This document shows, one piece after another, positions 34,090 through 44,227 of a stretch of 60,537 nt of DNA (positions within the stretch are counted from its first letter, which is position 1; every line of letters starts with the position of its first letter). The notes beneath the pieces were generated by a model that searched no databases, was not told the origin of the DNA, and worked only from the letters and a program-made list of their open reading frames with translations. Made by a program: the position numbers and the translations under genes. This DNA comes from an uncultured bacterium. Its GTDB lineage: Bacteria; Patescibacteriota; Minisyncoccia; Phycocordibacterales; Phycocordibacteraceae. The stretch spans positions 1-60,537 of the forward strand of contig CAJEYI010000002.1 in the NCBI GenBank assembly GCA_903994795.1, read 5' to 3'.

Positions 34090-35322
34090 TTACTCAAACC
34101 GCAACGCATCAATCGGATTCATCTTTGCGGCATGTCGTGCAGGGTACCATCCAAAAAGTATTCCGATGAATGCAGAGACGCCAAATGCGAGAAAGACTGA
34201 AGGCAAAGAGACTTGTGCTGCTACTAGTCCGAGAGCATTCACACCAAATGCAATTGCAAATCCGAGCACGATACCTGTAACTCCTCCGATGAGCGTAAGT
34301 GTGACAGACTCCATAAGGAACTGACTGCTGATGTCTTTTTCACTTGCGCCAATTGCTTTTCGAAGTCCGATTTCTCGTGTGCGCTCAGTTACGCTTGTGA
34401 GCATCATGTTCATGATTCCAATACCGCCAACGACAAGTGAAATTCCTGCAACTGCCGCAAGTAACACAGTGAATGTGCCAGTTACGCTTGATGCTGTAGA
34501 AATGATGTCGGATTGATTTAAGACGCGGAAATCTGCTTTGGTCGGGTCGCTAATGCCATGTAGTTGTAGAAGAAGTGAGGTTGCGTCATTTTGTACTTGC
34601 GTCATTGTACTCGCATCAGATGCTTCAATACTTACGTCTGTAATGGTCGGACTACCTTTATATATAGACGAGGAAAGATATTGTTGTGCATCGGTAATAG
34701 GAATGTAGAGCTCGTCGTCTTGGTTGGATGCGCCACTTGAGCCTTTAGAAACGGTCTCGCCGATGATTGTAAAGATGTTCCCATTTATTCGAACGGTTTG
34801 CCCAACAGGATCGCTACCGTCAGGGAAAAGTGATGTAGCGGCAGTTGGTCCAATCACTGCAACTTTGGCCAAACTCGTTTGTTGCTCAGTACTAAAAAAT
34901 GATCCTTCGGCGATTTGTAGATTTCGTACGATTGTATATGTGGGAACAGTTCCATCGACCGTAGTGTTCGTATTTGCCTGACTTGAAACTACCTGATATC
35001 GGCCAGTGTTTTCAGGTGCTACTGCTGCGACATTTTGCACTTGTGAAGCAAGTGCATTGGCATCTGCCATGGTGAGAGTTTTTGAGGAACCAAAACCAGC
35101 AGAGACACCACCAGAAGATGCAGCTCCAGGCATGATGATGATTAAATTAGAGCCAAGAGAATTAATACTCGAAGAAATCGAAGCTTGTGCGCCGTTACCA
35201 ATTGCGACCATGGCGATAACTGATGCAATTCCAATAACGATACCAAGCATCGTGAGGCCAGAGCGAATCTTGTTCGCAGTGAGAGCGGTAAATGTTTCGT
35301 CGAGAAGATCGCGGGTGGTCAT
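34090..35322 (-). CDS. ABC transporter permease, MacB/FtsX family
   Basis: It has an N-terminal TM helix, a large periplasmic domain and a C-terminal FtsX-like 3-TM bundle. The C-terminus ending ...NPIDALRFE is typical of MacB. Confidence 0.88.
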   Translation of the reverse strand: MTTRDLLDETFTALTANKIRSGLTMLGIVIGIASVIAMVAIGNGAQASISSSINSLGSNLIIIMPGAASSGGVSAGFGSSKTLTMADANALASQVQNVAAVAPENTGRYQVVSSQANTNTTVDGTVPTYTIVRNLQIAEGSFFSTEQQTSLAKVAVIGPTAATSLFPDGSDPVGQTVRINGNIFTIIGETVSKGSSGASNQDDELYIPITDAQQYLSSSIYKGSPTITDVSIEASDASTMTQVQNDATSLLLQLHGISDPTKADFRVLNQSDIISTASSVTGTFTVLLAAVAGISLVVGGIGIMNMMLTSVTERTREIGLRKAIGASEKDISSQFLMESVTLTLIGGVTGIVLGFAIAFGVNALGLVAAQVSLPSVFLAFGVSAFIGILFGWYPARHAAKMNPIDALRFE

Positions 35323-35324
35323 AG

Positions 35325-36050
35325 TTATGTTGAAGAATCGCCAGGAGGAATAATTGCCTTCCGTTGCTTATGATTCATATCATCACTGAGAATCTTTCCG
35401 TCCTTGAGTCGGATGATACGTCTCGCATGCTCTGCAACGTCTGTTTCGTGCGTGATAATGACAACAGTTCGGCCGTGCTTTTCATTTAGTTCTGCAAATG
35501 TGTGTAGCACAATTTCTGTAGTACGAGAGTCCAGGTTTCCAGTAGGTTCATCAGCAAGAATTAGTGTCGGGTCGTTTACGAGTGCGCGTGCAATTGCGAC
35601 GCGTTGTATTTGCCCGCCAGAAAGTTGGTTCGACATATTATAGAAACGAGATTCCGGAAAACTTGCAGCGAGAAGCGACTCTTTTGCCTTAGCCTCTCGT
35701 GTCTCTCGAGGAACGTTTGCATAGGTGAGAGGAAGCATGACGTTTCGGAGTACGGATGTGCGCGGAAGGAGGTTGAACGATTGAAAGACGAAGCCGATTT
35801 TTCGTTTGCGAATATCTGCAAGTTCATCTGTAGAAAGTGTCGAAGCGTCTTCGCCATCAAGTGAATAGGTTCCGGATGTTGGAGTGTCGAGACACCCGAG
35901 GATGTGCATGAGTGTTGATTTCCCAGAGCCAGAAGGGCCCATGATGGCAACGAACTCACCATCGTTAATTGTGAACGACACACCATCAAGCGCCTTGGTT
36001 TCAATATCACCAGTGTGATAAATCTTTCGTATGTCTCGTGCCTCAATCAT
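35325..36050 (-). CDS. ABC transporter ATP-binding protein (MacB/LolD-type)
   Basis: Walker A is GPSGSGKST, the signature is LSGGQIQR and Walker B is [12 protein letters not shown]. The start is at ATG 36050 (MIEARDIRK); the ORF-track extension overlaps the upstream gene. Confidence 0.9.
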   Translation of the reverse strand: MIEARDIRKIYHTGDIETKALDGVSFTINDGEFVAIMGPSGSGKSTLMHILGCLDTPTSGTYSLDGEDASTLSTDELADIRKRKIGFVFQSFNLLPRTSVLRNVMLPLTYANVPRETREAKAKESLLAASFPESRFYNMSNQLSGGQIQRVAIARALVNDPTLILADEPTGNLDSRTTEIVLHTFAELNEKHGRTVVIITHETDVAEHARRIIRLKDGKILSDDMNHKQRKAIIPPGDSST

Positions 36051-36060
36051 GGTGATGAAG

Positions 36061-38052
36061 TTATCCTCCTGGCTTCGTTGTAGCCGCGGGAGTCGCACCT
36101 GTTGTTGGACGAGTGCCTCCGCCATATCCACTTCCACCAGTAATGCCACCCAAGCCACGGGTACCGGAGCTTCCGCCGAATAGGCTGGTTGCGCTCGCAG
36201 CGCTACTCTTCGTAGTGTTCGCGGCAGTGTTCTGAGTCGCTGTAACTACATATTGTCCCTGAGTAAGTCCGGTGAGCACCTCAGTCATAGTGTCATTTGA
36301 AAGGCCAGTTGTAACGGTAACAGTTTTGAGAGTAACCTGGCTTGCTGGAACTGTGAGTGAGCGTGTGGTTATTGGAGTTGAACCGCTCATGCCACTGAAT
36401 GTTGAACTCGCGCTAAAGCCTCCTGTTCCAAAGGCTGCTGTTGATGTTGCTGATCGGGTGCGACGTGTGCCTGTGCCCGCCGCTGTACCACCATAAGCAT
36501 TTGCGAGAGTGGTGCTTGCGTTGAGTAGTGTTGCGACCTGAATGGTTAATGTACCACCGGATGTCTTAATCGCTGCGCTCGGTACCTGAATGGCGTTTGG
36601 TTCTGTGGCAGTCGTAATAATGGCAGTTGCGGTCATGCCTGGCTTAACCCGTGGATCTTGCTGAGAGAAACTGATTTTTACATCGTAAGTGACTACACCC
36701 TGAGAAACTGTTCCAACTGGATTTACGACAGCAACAGTTCCGGGCAGTGTAAGTCCTGGTATTGCATCAAACGTCACATTCACAGGTTGTCCGACTTGTA
36801 CTTTTGCAGCATCGGTCTCATTTAGTGAAAGGTCAGCATATTCTTCTGTGGTGATAAGTGTGGCAATAGTTGTACCGGAAGAAGCTTGATCATATTTGTT
36901 TACAGGGACCGTCGCAATAACTCCGTCAAATGGTGCGCGAATGATGTAGTTTGATTCGTTCGTAAGTGCTTCAGTAAGGGATTCCTGTGCTTTCTCAACA
37001 TTTAGTTCCGCTGACTGAACGGTGAGTGGGGTGCCTGTATTATTAAGTGATTGAGTATCCTGTATGACGGCTTGCTGTGCTGTAGTGAGTGTTGATTGCG
37101 CATTTGTAATGCTTGCATCATCACTCGTTAAGGTAGTTTGATAGGTACTGAGCGACGTTAGTTGTGTTGAAAGCTGTGTAGCACTAGTGATTTTACTTGC
37201 GGTGATTTGATCGTTTACGTAATTGTAGTACGCAAGAGTATCCTTTAAAGCTGTCTCGATGAGCTTGTTTGTGGCAAGTGTGTCTTGGTTTAATTTCTGA
37301 ATTTGATCAATCGATGCAGTTGCAGGACTCATTAAAGCGTATTCGCCTTTAGTTGTTTGATATCCAGCGACCGCAGCGGCATAATCCGCGATAACCTGAT
37401 TTCGGTACGTGAATGAGTCAGTTGTCTTGAGCATATCTGCGTAGGCATCGATATTTTGTTGTGCTCCATAATTCGTAATGGTGGAAAGATTATGCAGGAT
37501 TCCATCAAGACCATTCAATATCGAAGGCAGACCAGTATAGGTCGTTGTGAGTGCAGTGGCTGCATTAGTCTGTGCTGTTGCAAGAGATGTTTGATCATTT
37601 GTGACACTTGAACCAGAAGAGGTGAGAGTTTGTTGGTATGAAATTTGCGCACTCTTCAGATTTTGACGAGCAGTAGTGACTGCTTGTGCCGCCGTGGTCA
37701 TATCGAGTTGAGCAATGAGGGTTCCTGCGGTGACTTTTTGTCCGGGAGTTACACCGAGGTACGTGATTTTTCCTGATGCCTGAGGAGTGAGGTTCAATGT
37801 ATCCTTTGCAGAGACTTGGCCACTACCAGTTACCGTTACTATGAGTGGGGCTCGAATTGCACGTGCAATAATATACTGCGTATTTCCAGTACTTGCAACG
37901 ATAGTCGTATATCCCCAATATCCTCCACCTATAATGATTAGTACAACCACGCCTGACGCAATTTTATGTGCTAGTGCGAAGTTCCATGTGCGGACGCTCT
38001 CATTTTTGAGAAAGTTCCAGGTGGTAGAGCACATGGTTGAGATCGTCTTCAT
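36061..38052 (-). CDS. periplasmic adaptor (MacA/HlyD-like) with long Thr/Ser/Ala/Gln-rich coiled region and Gly-rich tail
   Basis: It has an N-terminal TM helix and lipoyl/beta-barrel-like blocks (V..GQKVTAG..IA.LD, G.PV.V.FDA.PG....G.V). Its position directly upstream of the MacB-type genes supports the call. Confidence 0.72.
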   Translation of the reverse strand: MKTISTMCSTTWNFLKNESVRTWNFALAHKIASGVVVLIIIGGGYWGYTTIVASTGNTQYIIARAIRAPLIVTVTGSGQVSAKDTLNLTPQASGKITYLGVTPGQKVTAGTLIAQLDMTTAAQAVTTARQNLKSAQISYQQTLTSSGSSVTNDQTSLATAQTNAATALTTTYTGLPSILNGLDGILHNLSTITNYGAQQNIDAYADMLKTTDSFTYRNQVIADYAAAVAGYQTTKGEYALMSPATASIDQIQKLNQDTLATNKLIETALKDTLAYYNYVNDQITASKITSATQLSTQLTSLSTYQTTLTSDDASITNAQSTLTTAQQAVIQDTQSLNNTGTPLTVQSAELNVEKAQESLTEALTNESNYIIRAPFDGVIATVPVNKYDQASSGTTIATLITTEEYADLSLNETDAAKVQVGQPVNVTFDAIPGLTLPGTVAVVNPVGTVSQGVVTYDVKISFSQQDPRVKPGMTATAIITTATEPNAIQVPSAAIKTSGGTLTIQVATLLNASTTLANAYGGTAAGTGTRRTRSATSTAAFGTGGFSASSTFSGMSGSTPITTRSLTVPASQVTLKTVTVTTGLSNDTMTEVLTGLTQGQYVVTATQNTAANTTKSSAASATSLFGGSSGTRGLGGITGGSGYGGGTRPTTGATPAATTKPGG

Positions 38053-38059
38053 GGCAAGG

Positions 38060-38533
38060 TTAATTTTGGGTAGGAATAATTCTCACTAGTTTTGCGACAA
38101 TTTCACCATTGGTATCAGGTGAACCAAGCACTACCACTTCTTCATCAACCGAGAGTGACGCAGGAGAGAGGGTATTTTGATGGTCTCGAATAATTGTATC
38201 ACTCGCTATAAGTACTTTTTCTTCTGGGTGTTGTGAGCCGCTAATAGCGAGCTCAGTGGAACTTGCTGTGGCATGTGTGATGCTTACAATCTTCCCCATG
38301 ATCCCGTCTGGCATTGGCTGACTTGCATCGGGGAGTCCGTGCATTCCCATGGACTCACCACCGAAGTTCCGTGTGTAGTTTTCACCCCAACGAGATGAGT
38401 AGTTTGATTCATGATAGCCGACCATCACACCTGTTTCAAAGATACAGATGATAACAAGTGTAATGCACACGCCGGTAACAATGCCTGCAAAGAGTTTTGA
38501 ATTAATAAATGCTCGGAGTGATTCGTAGGTCAT
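38060..38533 (-). CDS. membrane-anchored hypothetical protein
   Basis: It has a single N-terminal TM helix and lies in an operon with the sigma/anti-sigma and efflux genes. Confidence 0.5.
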   Translation of the reverse strand: MTYESLRAFINSKLFAGIVTGVCITLVIICIFETGVMVGYHESNYSSRWGENYTRNFGGESMGMHGLPDASQPMPDGIMGKIVSITHATASSTELAISGSQHPEEKVLIASDTIIRDHQNTLSPASLSVDEEVVVLGSPDTNGEIVAKLVRIIPTQN

Positions 38534-38550
38534 GGTGTGTATAAAAATAA

Positions 38551-39012
38551 TTAGATCGTGTGAGCAAGAAAAAGATGGGGGCGTGCAAGACTTTTGGTGA
38601 AGTTTTGTACAGACACAAGTAAGACCGCAACAAGGAAGAGTGTAAGGGTGACTTCAAATCCTGGAAGTGCCTCAATGAGTGAGAGTCCAAATGTGTTTAG
38701 ATGTTGCGCAAGCACGTCACTGTCAGTTATAAAGAGTCCAGCAAAGGTGCTGAATCCAGTCAGTGTAGCCGCATGTATCAGAGCGGGTAAAGCGAACATC
38801 AGCCCCACGAGGGAGCTGATGCCGCTAAGGGAAGAAGTTATGAACCGTGAACGTTCCCAGAAGAGGGAGCTTCGTTCACGCTCATGCACAATAGCCTCAC
38901 ATATCCGCTCGCAAAGATGTGTGGGCATTGGTTCGTGCGCAAAGACTTGGAAAAGTCGTTCATAATTACTTCCCATGTCATATATACGGTGCGTTGCGGT
39001 GTTTCGTTGCAT
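38551..39012 (-). CDS. membrane protein, possible anti-sigma factor
   Basis: It lies immediately downstream of the ECF sigma gene (5-nt gap), with a cytoplasmic N-terminus followed by TM helices. The assignment is positional only. Confidence 0.4.
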   Translation of the reverse strand: MQRNTATHRIYDMGSNYERLFQVFAHEPMPTHLCERICEAIVHERERSSLFWERSRFITSSLSGISSLVGLMFALPALIHAATLTGFSTFAGLFITDSDVLAQHLNTFGLSLIEALPGFEVTLTLFLVAVLLVSVQNFTKSLARPHLFLAHTI

Positions 39013-39017
39013 ACAAG

Positions 39018-39611
39018 TTATTGTCGAGCTTCCAGGACCTTCCTGAGTACTGCAAGTGCTCTATGATGCAGACTGCGCACAGTATTTGCTGGAATTTTCA
39101 TAATGCGAGCAATGTTTTCAAAGGATTCTTCGTCATCGTACCGTAGGGTAAGAATTGCACGGTCTCGTGAGGGAAGTGTGGCGAGGGCTGAACGTGCGTC
39201 GCTTGCCAGCGACGCACGTTCAAAGAGCTCGTCCGGAAGTGGCTCCAGATCAGCAAGCGTATCAGTGAGTACGTTGCTATCTTCAGTATCAAACTTCGAG
39301 AATGCAACTGACTTTCTTTTGCGCATGAGGTCAGTTGCAGAATTCTTCGCAATAGTAAACAGCCATGTACGGAAGGACTTCTTTGTATTGAAGTGCTTTA
39401 GTTTCTTCCATGCTTTCAGAAATGCTTCTTGCGAAGCGTCTTCTGCGTCCTCAACATTTCCTGTGTAACGTAGGCAAAAGGTATAGACGGCAGTCAAGTG
39501 TCGCTCTACAAGCGTTTGTAGGGCAAGATCATTTCCGCGAAGTACTTCATGCACTAATTCTGAATCAGGTACCTGGTCGGTATGTGTGGGTGTTTCGAGC
39601 GAGTCAGACAT
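39018..39611 (-). CDS. ECF-type RNA polymerase sigma-70 family factor
   Basis: Region 2 reads DAEDASQEAFLKAWK...F..WLFTIA.N and region 4 reads LP.RDRAILTLRY....S...IA..M.IP.NTV.S. The protein is 197 aa. Confidence 0.88.
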   Translation of the reverse strand: MSDSLETPTHTDQVPDSELVHEVLRGNDLALQTLVERHLTAVYTFCLRYTGNVEDAEDASQEAFLKAWKKLKHFNTKKSFRTWLFTIAKNSATDLMRKRKSVAFSKFDTEDSNVLTDTLADLEPLPDELFERASLASDARSALATLPSRDRAILTLRYDDEESFENIARIMKIPANTVRSLHHRALAVLRKVLEARQ

Positions 39612-39699
39612 AGTATAGAACGCCCCAAAAGGGCACTATATATACTATACGTACCAATTCGAGCTTTTATTTCAATATGACTGATTTACCATGTGTTTC

Positions 39700-42297
39700 C
39701 TATGAATTCTTGAGCATATCTCGCTCGATGTCGGCAAATGTTCCGCCGATCTTCTTTCCGGGATTGAAGATATTCTGCGGATCAAAGATATTCTTGGTTT
39801 CTTCGAAGAGTTTGTATACTTTGTCGCCAAAGAGCATCTCTATGTATGGTGTGCGAATTATGCCGTCGTTGTGCTCACCAGTGGTGGTTCCTCCATACTT
39901 TAAGACGAGCTCGTACACCTTTGGAGATAGTTCGAGAATAATCTTTCGTGTTTCTGGTTTTTTCAAATCCATGAGTGGGATGATGTGGAAGTTTCCGTTT
40001 CCAATATGTCCTGCAATTGTATAGATGAAATTCTTTTCGTATTGAGCGAGCAGTGCGTTTAGTTCTGGAAGGAATTTCGGATATGAATCTGGTGGCACAA
40101 CAAAGTCATCAATAAATGCTGCAGCATAGAGACCTTTAACGCTTTTTCGAAGAAGTGAGAAGCTTTCTCGGCGTACGATCCAGTACTTTTCTGACTGGTG
40201 CTCGTTTCTCTTAATGCTCATAGGGAGACTCATGTCTGCAAGTGCAGCGTGAGCATCTTCAGCTTTTTTCAGTGCTTCTTCAGCGGTGTCTGCGGAAAAC
40301 TCTGCCATAAGGACGAGTTTTGGAATACCGCCAGTAACGGTCATGGCAACTTCAGGGAGGAATGATATGCCAAGTCGTATAACACGGAAGAGACCCATTT
40401 GGGTAAGCATTTGCGGAAGAAATTTCACTGCCAGTTTGAATGTGTTGTCGTCGTATGACTCAAATGATTCAGGATTGGAAGGAAGGACGCGACGCACTAT
40501 TTCGGGCAATACGGAAATGTCTCCGACAAAAATTACGAGCATTGCGCGATGCGAAGCATCGCGCACAAGGCGAAGCTTTGCCTTTGTCATGAGCGCAAGT
40601 GTTCCTTGAGCGCCACAAATTAATTTTGAAAGATTAAACGCTCCGGTTTTTTCATCAATCACATTCCATAAATCATACCCAGCTGAATTTTTCGAAACCT
40701 TTGGCTTTGCATTCGCAATGAGTTCTGTATTTTCGTTTATGAGTTTCGACATCTTGCGATAAATGTCTCCTTCGAGAGTCTGAAGTTTTTGTTTCTCAGC
40801 GAGCTCCGCAGGAGCGAGCGGTTTAAATGTTGTCACTGAACCATCTGAGAGTACCACCTCAACCTCTTCGATGTAGTCTTCAGTCTTTCCATACTCAAGT
40901 GTGCGCTCACCTCCGGAATTGTTATTAACGATTCCACCGATAGCACATAGTTCACGAGATGCTGGGTAAGAGGGTAGTATTAATCCTTCACCAGTAACTT
41001 TTCTTGCAAGCGTAGCTTTCTCAAAATCACGATAGTACACACCTGGCTCAGCGATGGCATAACCATCGCGGCCTCGCTTTTCTGGTTGTGGATCTGCAAC
41101 CACTTCAAAAACTTTGTTCATGTATTTCGGAAAGACTGCAACGACAGATGTTGTGAGTGGTCCGCCGGACATACAGGTACCAGCTGAACGTCCTGTTACA
41201 GAAATGTTCTCGCCTGCTTTCTTTGCTTCATCAACAGCTTTTACAAGCGCAGACACGTCCGCAGTATCTTTTGGATATACTACAAGTGATGGGGTGCGCG
41301 AAAAGATGCTCGTATCGGTGCTGTATTTTTTAATTTCACTCGGCTTGGTTGTGATGTCCCCTTTGAATGTCTTTGCAAGTTTAGTCTCGAAGGGTGTGAA
41401 GGTCGGCTCTGCCTCTGGTTGTGAGCCAGCTGCAGAAGTTGCATCGGGTGGGTTTGTTATGGTGCCTGCTTTCTTTGCGGGCAGTGCCTCGATCGGAAGG
41501 GTGCCGTGAAGCAACTTTGTGATGAATGTAAGTGTGTCGTCAGGATCCTTTACTTCATGAGTCGCAATCCTTGTTTCTTTTACTATCTCATCGTTGCCAT
41601 TAGGAAACAGGGCATCACCTACGTACAGCATTTCAGAAATGGGCACTTCAAGAAAGTCACTCAGTCTACGTACTCCGTATGCCTTATTAATGCCATGCTT
41701 AGTTACGTCAATTGTTGATGCTCCTCCAACCTTGACGTCAAATTCTGGTGGAAGATATTTAGCGACTGCATCTCGCATGGCTATCTTTTTTGCATTATCT
41801 GGGTCCCAGGCTTCCTTTTTATCAACATACGCAAGCTGCCCTAATGCGGAGAAACTGACCTGAGCATTTCTGTTTTGTATGCGAGGACCATCTGAAGGTG
41901 AAGAAAGATCTACCATCCCGCTCTCACTTACTCCTTTTACAAGCGCATCTTCAATAATGGTTGCATCGTCGAATGAAATTGTTTCTTCATACACTCGTGT
42001 CCACTCACCGTCTTCATATGCAAAAAGGCCTGCGCCACATGTAGGGAGAATATATACATTCTGAAGATTTGCTTTTGGAGGTAGTTCCTCAATAACTTGG
42101 GTCTCAAGCTGTTCACGGTTTCCACCGGTTATCACAGCAAACTTCGTCTGTTGTGAAAGCTCCGCAAGCGCAAGTGCCATTTCTTTTGTAAGTGGCTGCT
42201 TGCTTCGAGCGAGTGTCTTGTCGAGATCAAACATCACGACCGTAGGTAGTTTCGGAGTTTGCTTTGGGGAAGTGGTGTGTGGTGCGGAGTTTGGCAT
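39700..42297 (-). CDS. fusion protein: HAD-IIB phosphomannomutase-like domain + FAD-linked oxidase (GlcD/FAD_binding_4 + FAD-oxidase_C)
   Basis: The N-terminus has VVMFDLDKTLA ... GGASTIDVT.HGINK ... YVGDALFPNGNDE. The C-terminal part has VVYPKDTADV..LV......G..ISVTGRSAGT..SGG and GHIGNGNFHIIP. Confidence 0.8.
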   Translation of the reverse strand: MPNSAPHTTSPKQTPKLPTVVMFDLDKTLARSKQPLTKEMALALAELSQQTKFAVITGGNREQLETQVIEELPPKANLQNVYILPTCGAGLFAYEDGEWTRVYEETISFDDATIIEDALVKGVSESGMVDLSSPSDGPRIQNRNAQVSFSALGQLAYVDKKEAWDPDNAKKIAMRDAVAKYLPPEFDVKVGGASTIDVTKHGINKAYGVRRLSDFLEVPISEMLYVGDALFPNGNDEIVKETRIATHEVKDPDDTLTFITKLLHGTLPIEALPAKKAGTITNPPDATSAAGSQPEAEPTFTPFETKLAKTFKGDITTKPSEIKKYSTDTSIFSRTPSLVVYPKDTADVSALVKAVDEAKKAGENISVTGRSAGTCMSGGPLTTSVVAVFPKYMNKVFEVVADPQPEKRGRDGYAIAEPGVYYRDFEKATLARKVTGEGLILPSYPASRELCAIGGIVNNNSGGERTLEYGKTEDYIEEVEVVLSDGSVTTFKPLAPAELAEKQKLQTLEGDIYRKMSKLINENTELIANAKPKVSKNSAGYDLWNVIDEKTGAFNLSKLICGAQGTLALMTKAKLRLVRDASHRAMLVIFVGDISVLPEIVRRVLPSNPESFESYDDNTFKLAVKFLPQMLTQMGLFRVIRLGISFLPEVAMTVTGGIPKLVLMAEFSADTAEEALKKAEDAHAALADMSLPMSIKRNEHQSEKYWIVRRESFSLLRKSVKGLYAAAFIDDFVVPPDSYPKFLPELNALLAQYEKNFIYTIAGHIGNGNFHIIPLMDLKKPETRKIILELSPKVYELVLKYGGTTTGEHNDGIIRTPYIEMLFGDKVYKLFEETKNIFDPQNIFNPGKKIGGTFADIERDMLKNS

Positions 42298-42316
42298 AGT
42301 GTTTTAAAGTTAGTTA

Positions 42317-44227
42317 TTAAATGTCTGGAAGCAAGCGCTTGATAAGTGCTGTCTTTGAAATTGTTGCGACGCCAATAGAGGTGTCTGCACCACCGTAGTA
42401 AATGTAGAGTGTGTCGTTGCGCAGTACGGCACCACACGAAAAGATCACATTGTTTACCACACCCTCCTTCTCCCACGGTAACTCCGGACTTAGTATCGGT
42501 GCGCTCGTTCGTGAGAGCACTATCGTTGCAGTCTCAGCATCAAGGAGTGCTGCACCTAGTCGGTATACATTGTCTGAACCAATCCCGTGATAAATAAAGA
42601 GCCATCCTTCGTCGACTCGAATTGGCGGTGCAGCAGCACCAATCTTTTTGGCATCCCACATACCTGCCCGCGGTCCCATAATTTCAGTGCAGCTAGAGGT
42701 GCCGTGCGTTATTGGGAGTTCAAAAAGTTGCGCGCAGATGTTCGGATCGATGCGATGCATAATGAGCGCCTTGTCATCAAAGAGTTCTGGTAGCAAGCAG
42801 AGGTCTTTGTCATCCACGTCATCAGGGGTGAGTACTAGTGTCTTTGACCAGTCAAATGTGTGCGAGAGAAAGTTTTCTTTCGAGAGAGTAGTGACTGCGC
42901 CGCGTGCACGACTACCATCAAATGCTGTGTAGGTGAGATACACAGTATTGTCGAGCACAGTGAGACGAGGGTCTTCGGTGCCGTGTTTTTCATAGTCTTC
43001 ACGTGGTCCATAGACTGGTTCAGGAAGGCGTTCATCGACATGCACAGCATCATCAAGTCGTGCGTAGCCGAGCATTGAATAGTTGTTTTTATCAGTCGCT
43101 CTATATATAAGGTGCACTGATCCGTTGAGGTCAATTGCAGCTGCGTTGCTTACACTCATTGATTCCCATTCGTGTTCAGGAATCGGTTTCAGTATTGGCT
43201 CGGTTCCTGTACGTTGCACGAAGTTCAAACGATCAGAAGGATTCATACTAGAAAGAAGATCTGAAAGCGACAGCTGCGCTGTCGCACACACTGTATCTGC
43301 AGCACCATAATATATTTGCAGGCGATCGCCAGTCACAATTGCACTCGTGGGGAATACAATATCTGAAACAATGCCGTACCGTTCATAGGATTCTTCAGGA
43401 ACTAAGAATGGAAACTCGGTTTTGAGTAAAATCTTTTCCGGAGTATCTCTGTCGAGCAGGAGTGCCTCGACACCAAAGATACGACGATGTTCGTCGTAGT
43501 AGTTCTGAATATGTGAGTAAATGAGCAACCAGCCTTGCTCAGTTAGTACAGGTGTAGCACCGATCTCGATGTGGTCTGAGTCAGTACGGCGAACATCGGG
43601 AAATGCATGTTCTTCTAGATGTGCGTGCCATTCAATCCAAAATGCGGGATTCCAAAAGTCTTCAACGTTTTTTGATTTTGCAATGCCGATAGTTGGTCGC
43701 GGGTGATCTTCTGTGAAGTCTGTATGTGCGGTGATCAGTAGAACAGCTTCACCATTGATGCGCTCCGGGAAAAGTGTTGCTGCTTTTGCATTGAAAGGCG
43801 CCATTAAATGTTTTTCAGTAAGTGTTTCTGGTGAATCGCCAATTGCAACTGCGGTGCGGATATTCCCAGGACCAAAAGGGAAGCCACCAAGTGCTGTGTA
43901 GAAGACATACCATTTGCCGTCGAAGAACGTCGCCCGCGGGTCTTCGCATCCATACGCCTCCCAACTCTCAGTGGGTGCAAGAATTTGTTGGCGACTAGTA
44001 AAGGTGGTTCCGCCGTCTGTCGACTTTGCGTACCCAATTGTTGAGAAGCCCTTTCCTGGAGTACGCAAATCATCAGGCTCTGCCATGGCACGATATAAAA
44101 CATGCAGGTCTGAGCCTTGAGAAACTACTGAAGGATTGAATGCTCCAATAGCCTCAAACGATCTTGTACGTGTAGGTGAGAAGAAAGGATTTTGTGGTGA
44201 GCGAAAGACGGAGAGCATATTAGACAA
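42317..44227 (-). CDS. tandem-domain GH130-family glycoside phosphorylase/hydrolase
   Basis: Two repeats of the GH130 pattern are present (FNP.., IGYA.S.DG..F, EDPR, YYGAADT). Confidence 0.8.
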   Translation of the reverse strand: MSNMLSVFRSPQNPFFSPTRTRSFEAIGAFNPSVVSQGSDLHVLYRAMAEPDDLRTPGKGFSTIGYAKSTDGGTTFTSRQQILAPTESWEAYGCEDPRATFFDGKWYVFYTALGGFPFGPGNIRTAVAIGDSPETLTEKHLMAPFNAKAATLFPERINGEAVLLITAHTDFTEDHPRPTIGIAKSKNVEDFWNPAFWIEWHAHLEEHAFPDVRRTDSDHIEIGATPVLTEQGWLLIYSHIQNYYDEHRRIFGVEALLLDRDTPEKILLKTEFPFLVPEESYERYGIVSDIVFPTSAIVTGDRLQIYYGAADTVCATAQLSLSDLLSSMNPSDRLNFVQRTGTEPILKPIPEHEWESMSVSNAAAIDLNGSVHLIYRATDKNNYSMLGYARLDDAVHVDERLPEPVYGPREDYEKHGTEDPRLTVLDNTVYLTYTAFDGSRARGAVTTLSKENFLSHTFDWSKTLVLTPDDVDDKDLCLLPELFDDKALIMHRIDPNICAQLFELPITHGTSSCTEIMGPRAGMWDAKKIGAAAPPIRVDEGWLFIYHGIGSDNVYRLGAALLDAETATIVLSRTSAPILSPELPWEKEGVVNNVIFSCGAVLRNDTLYIYYGGADTSIGVATISKTALIKRLLPDI

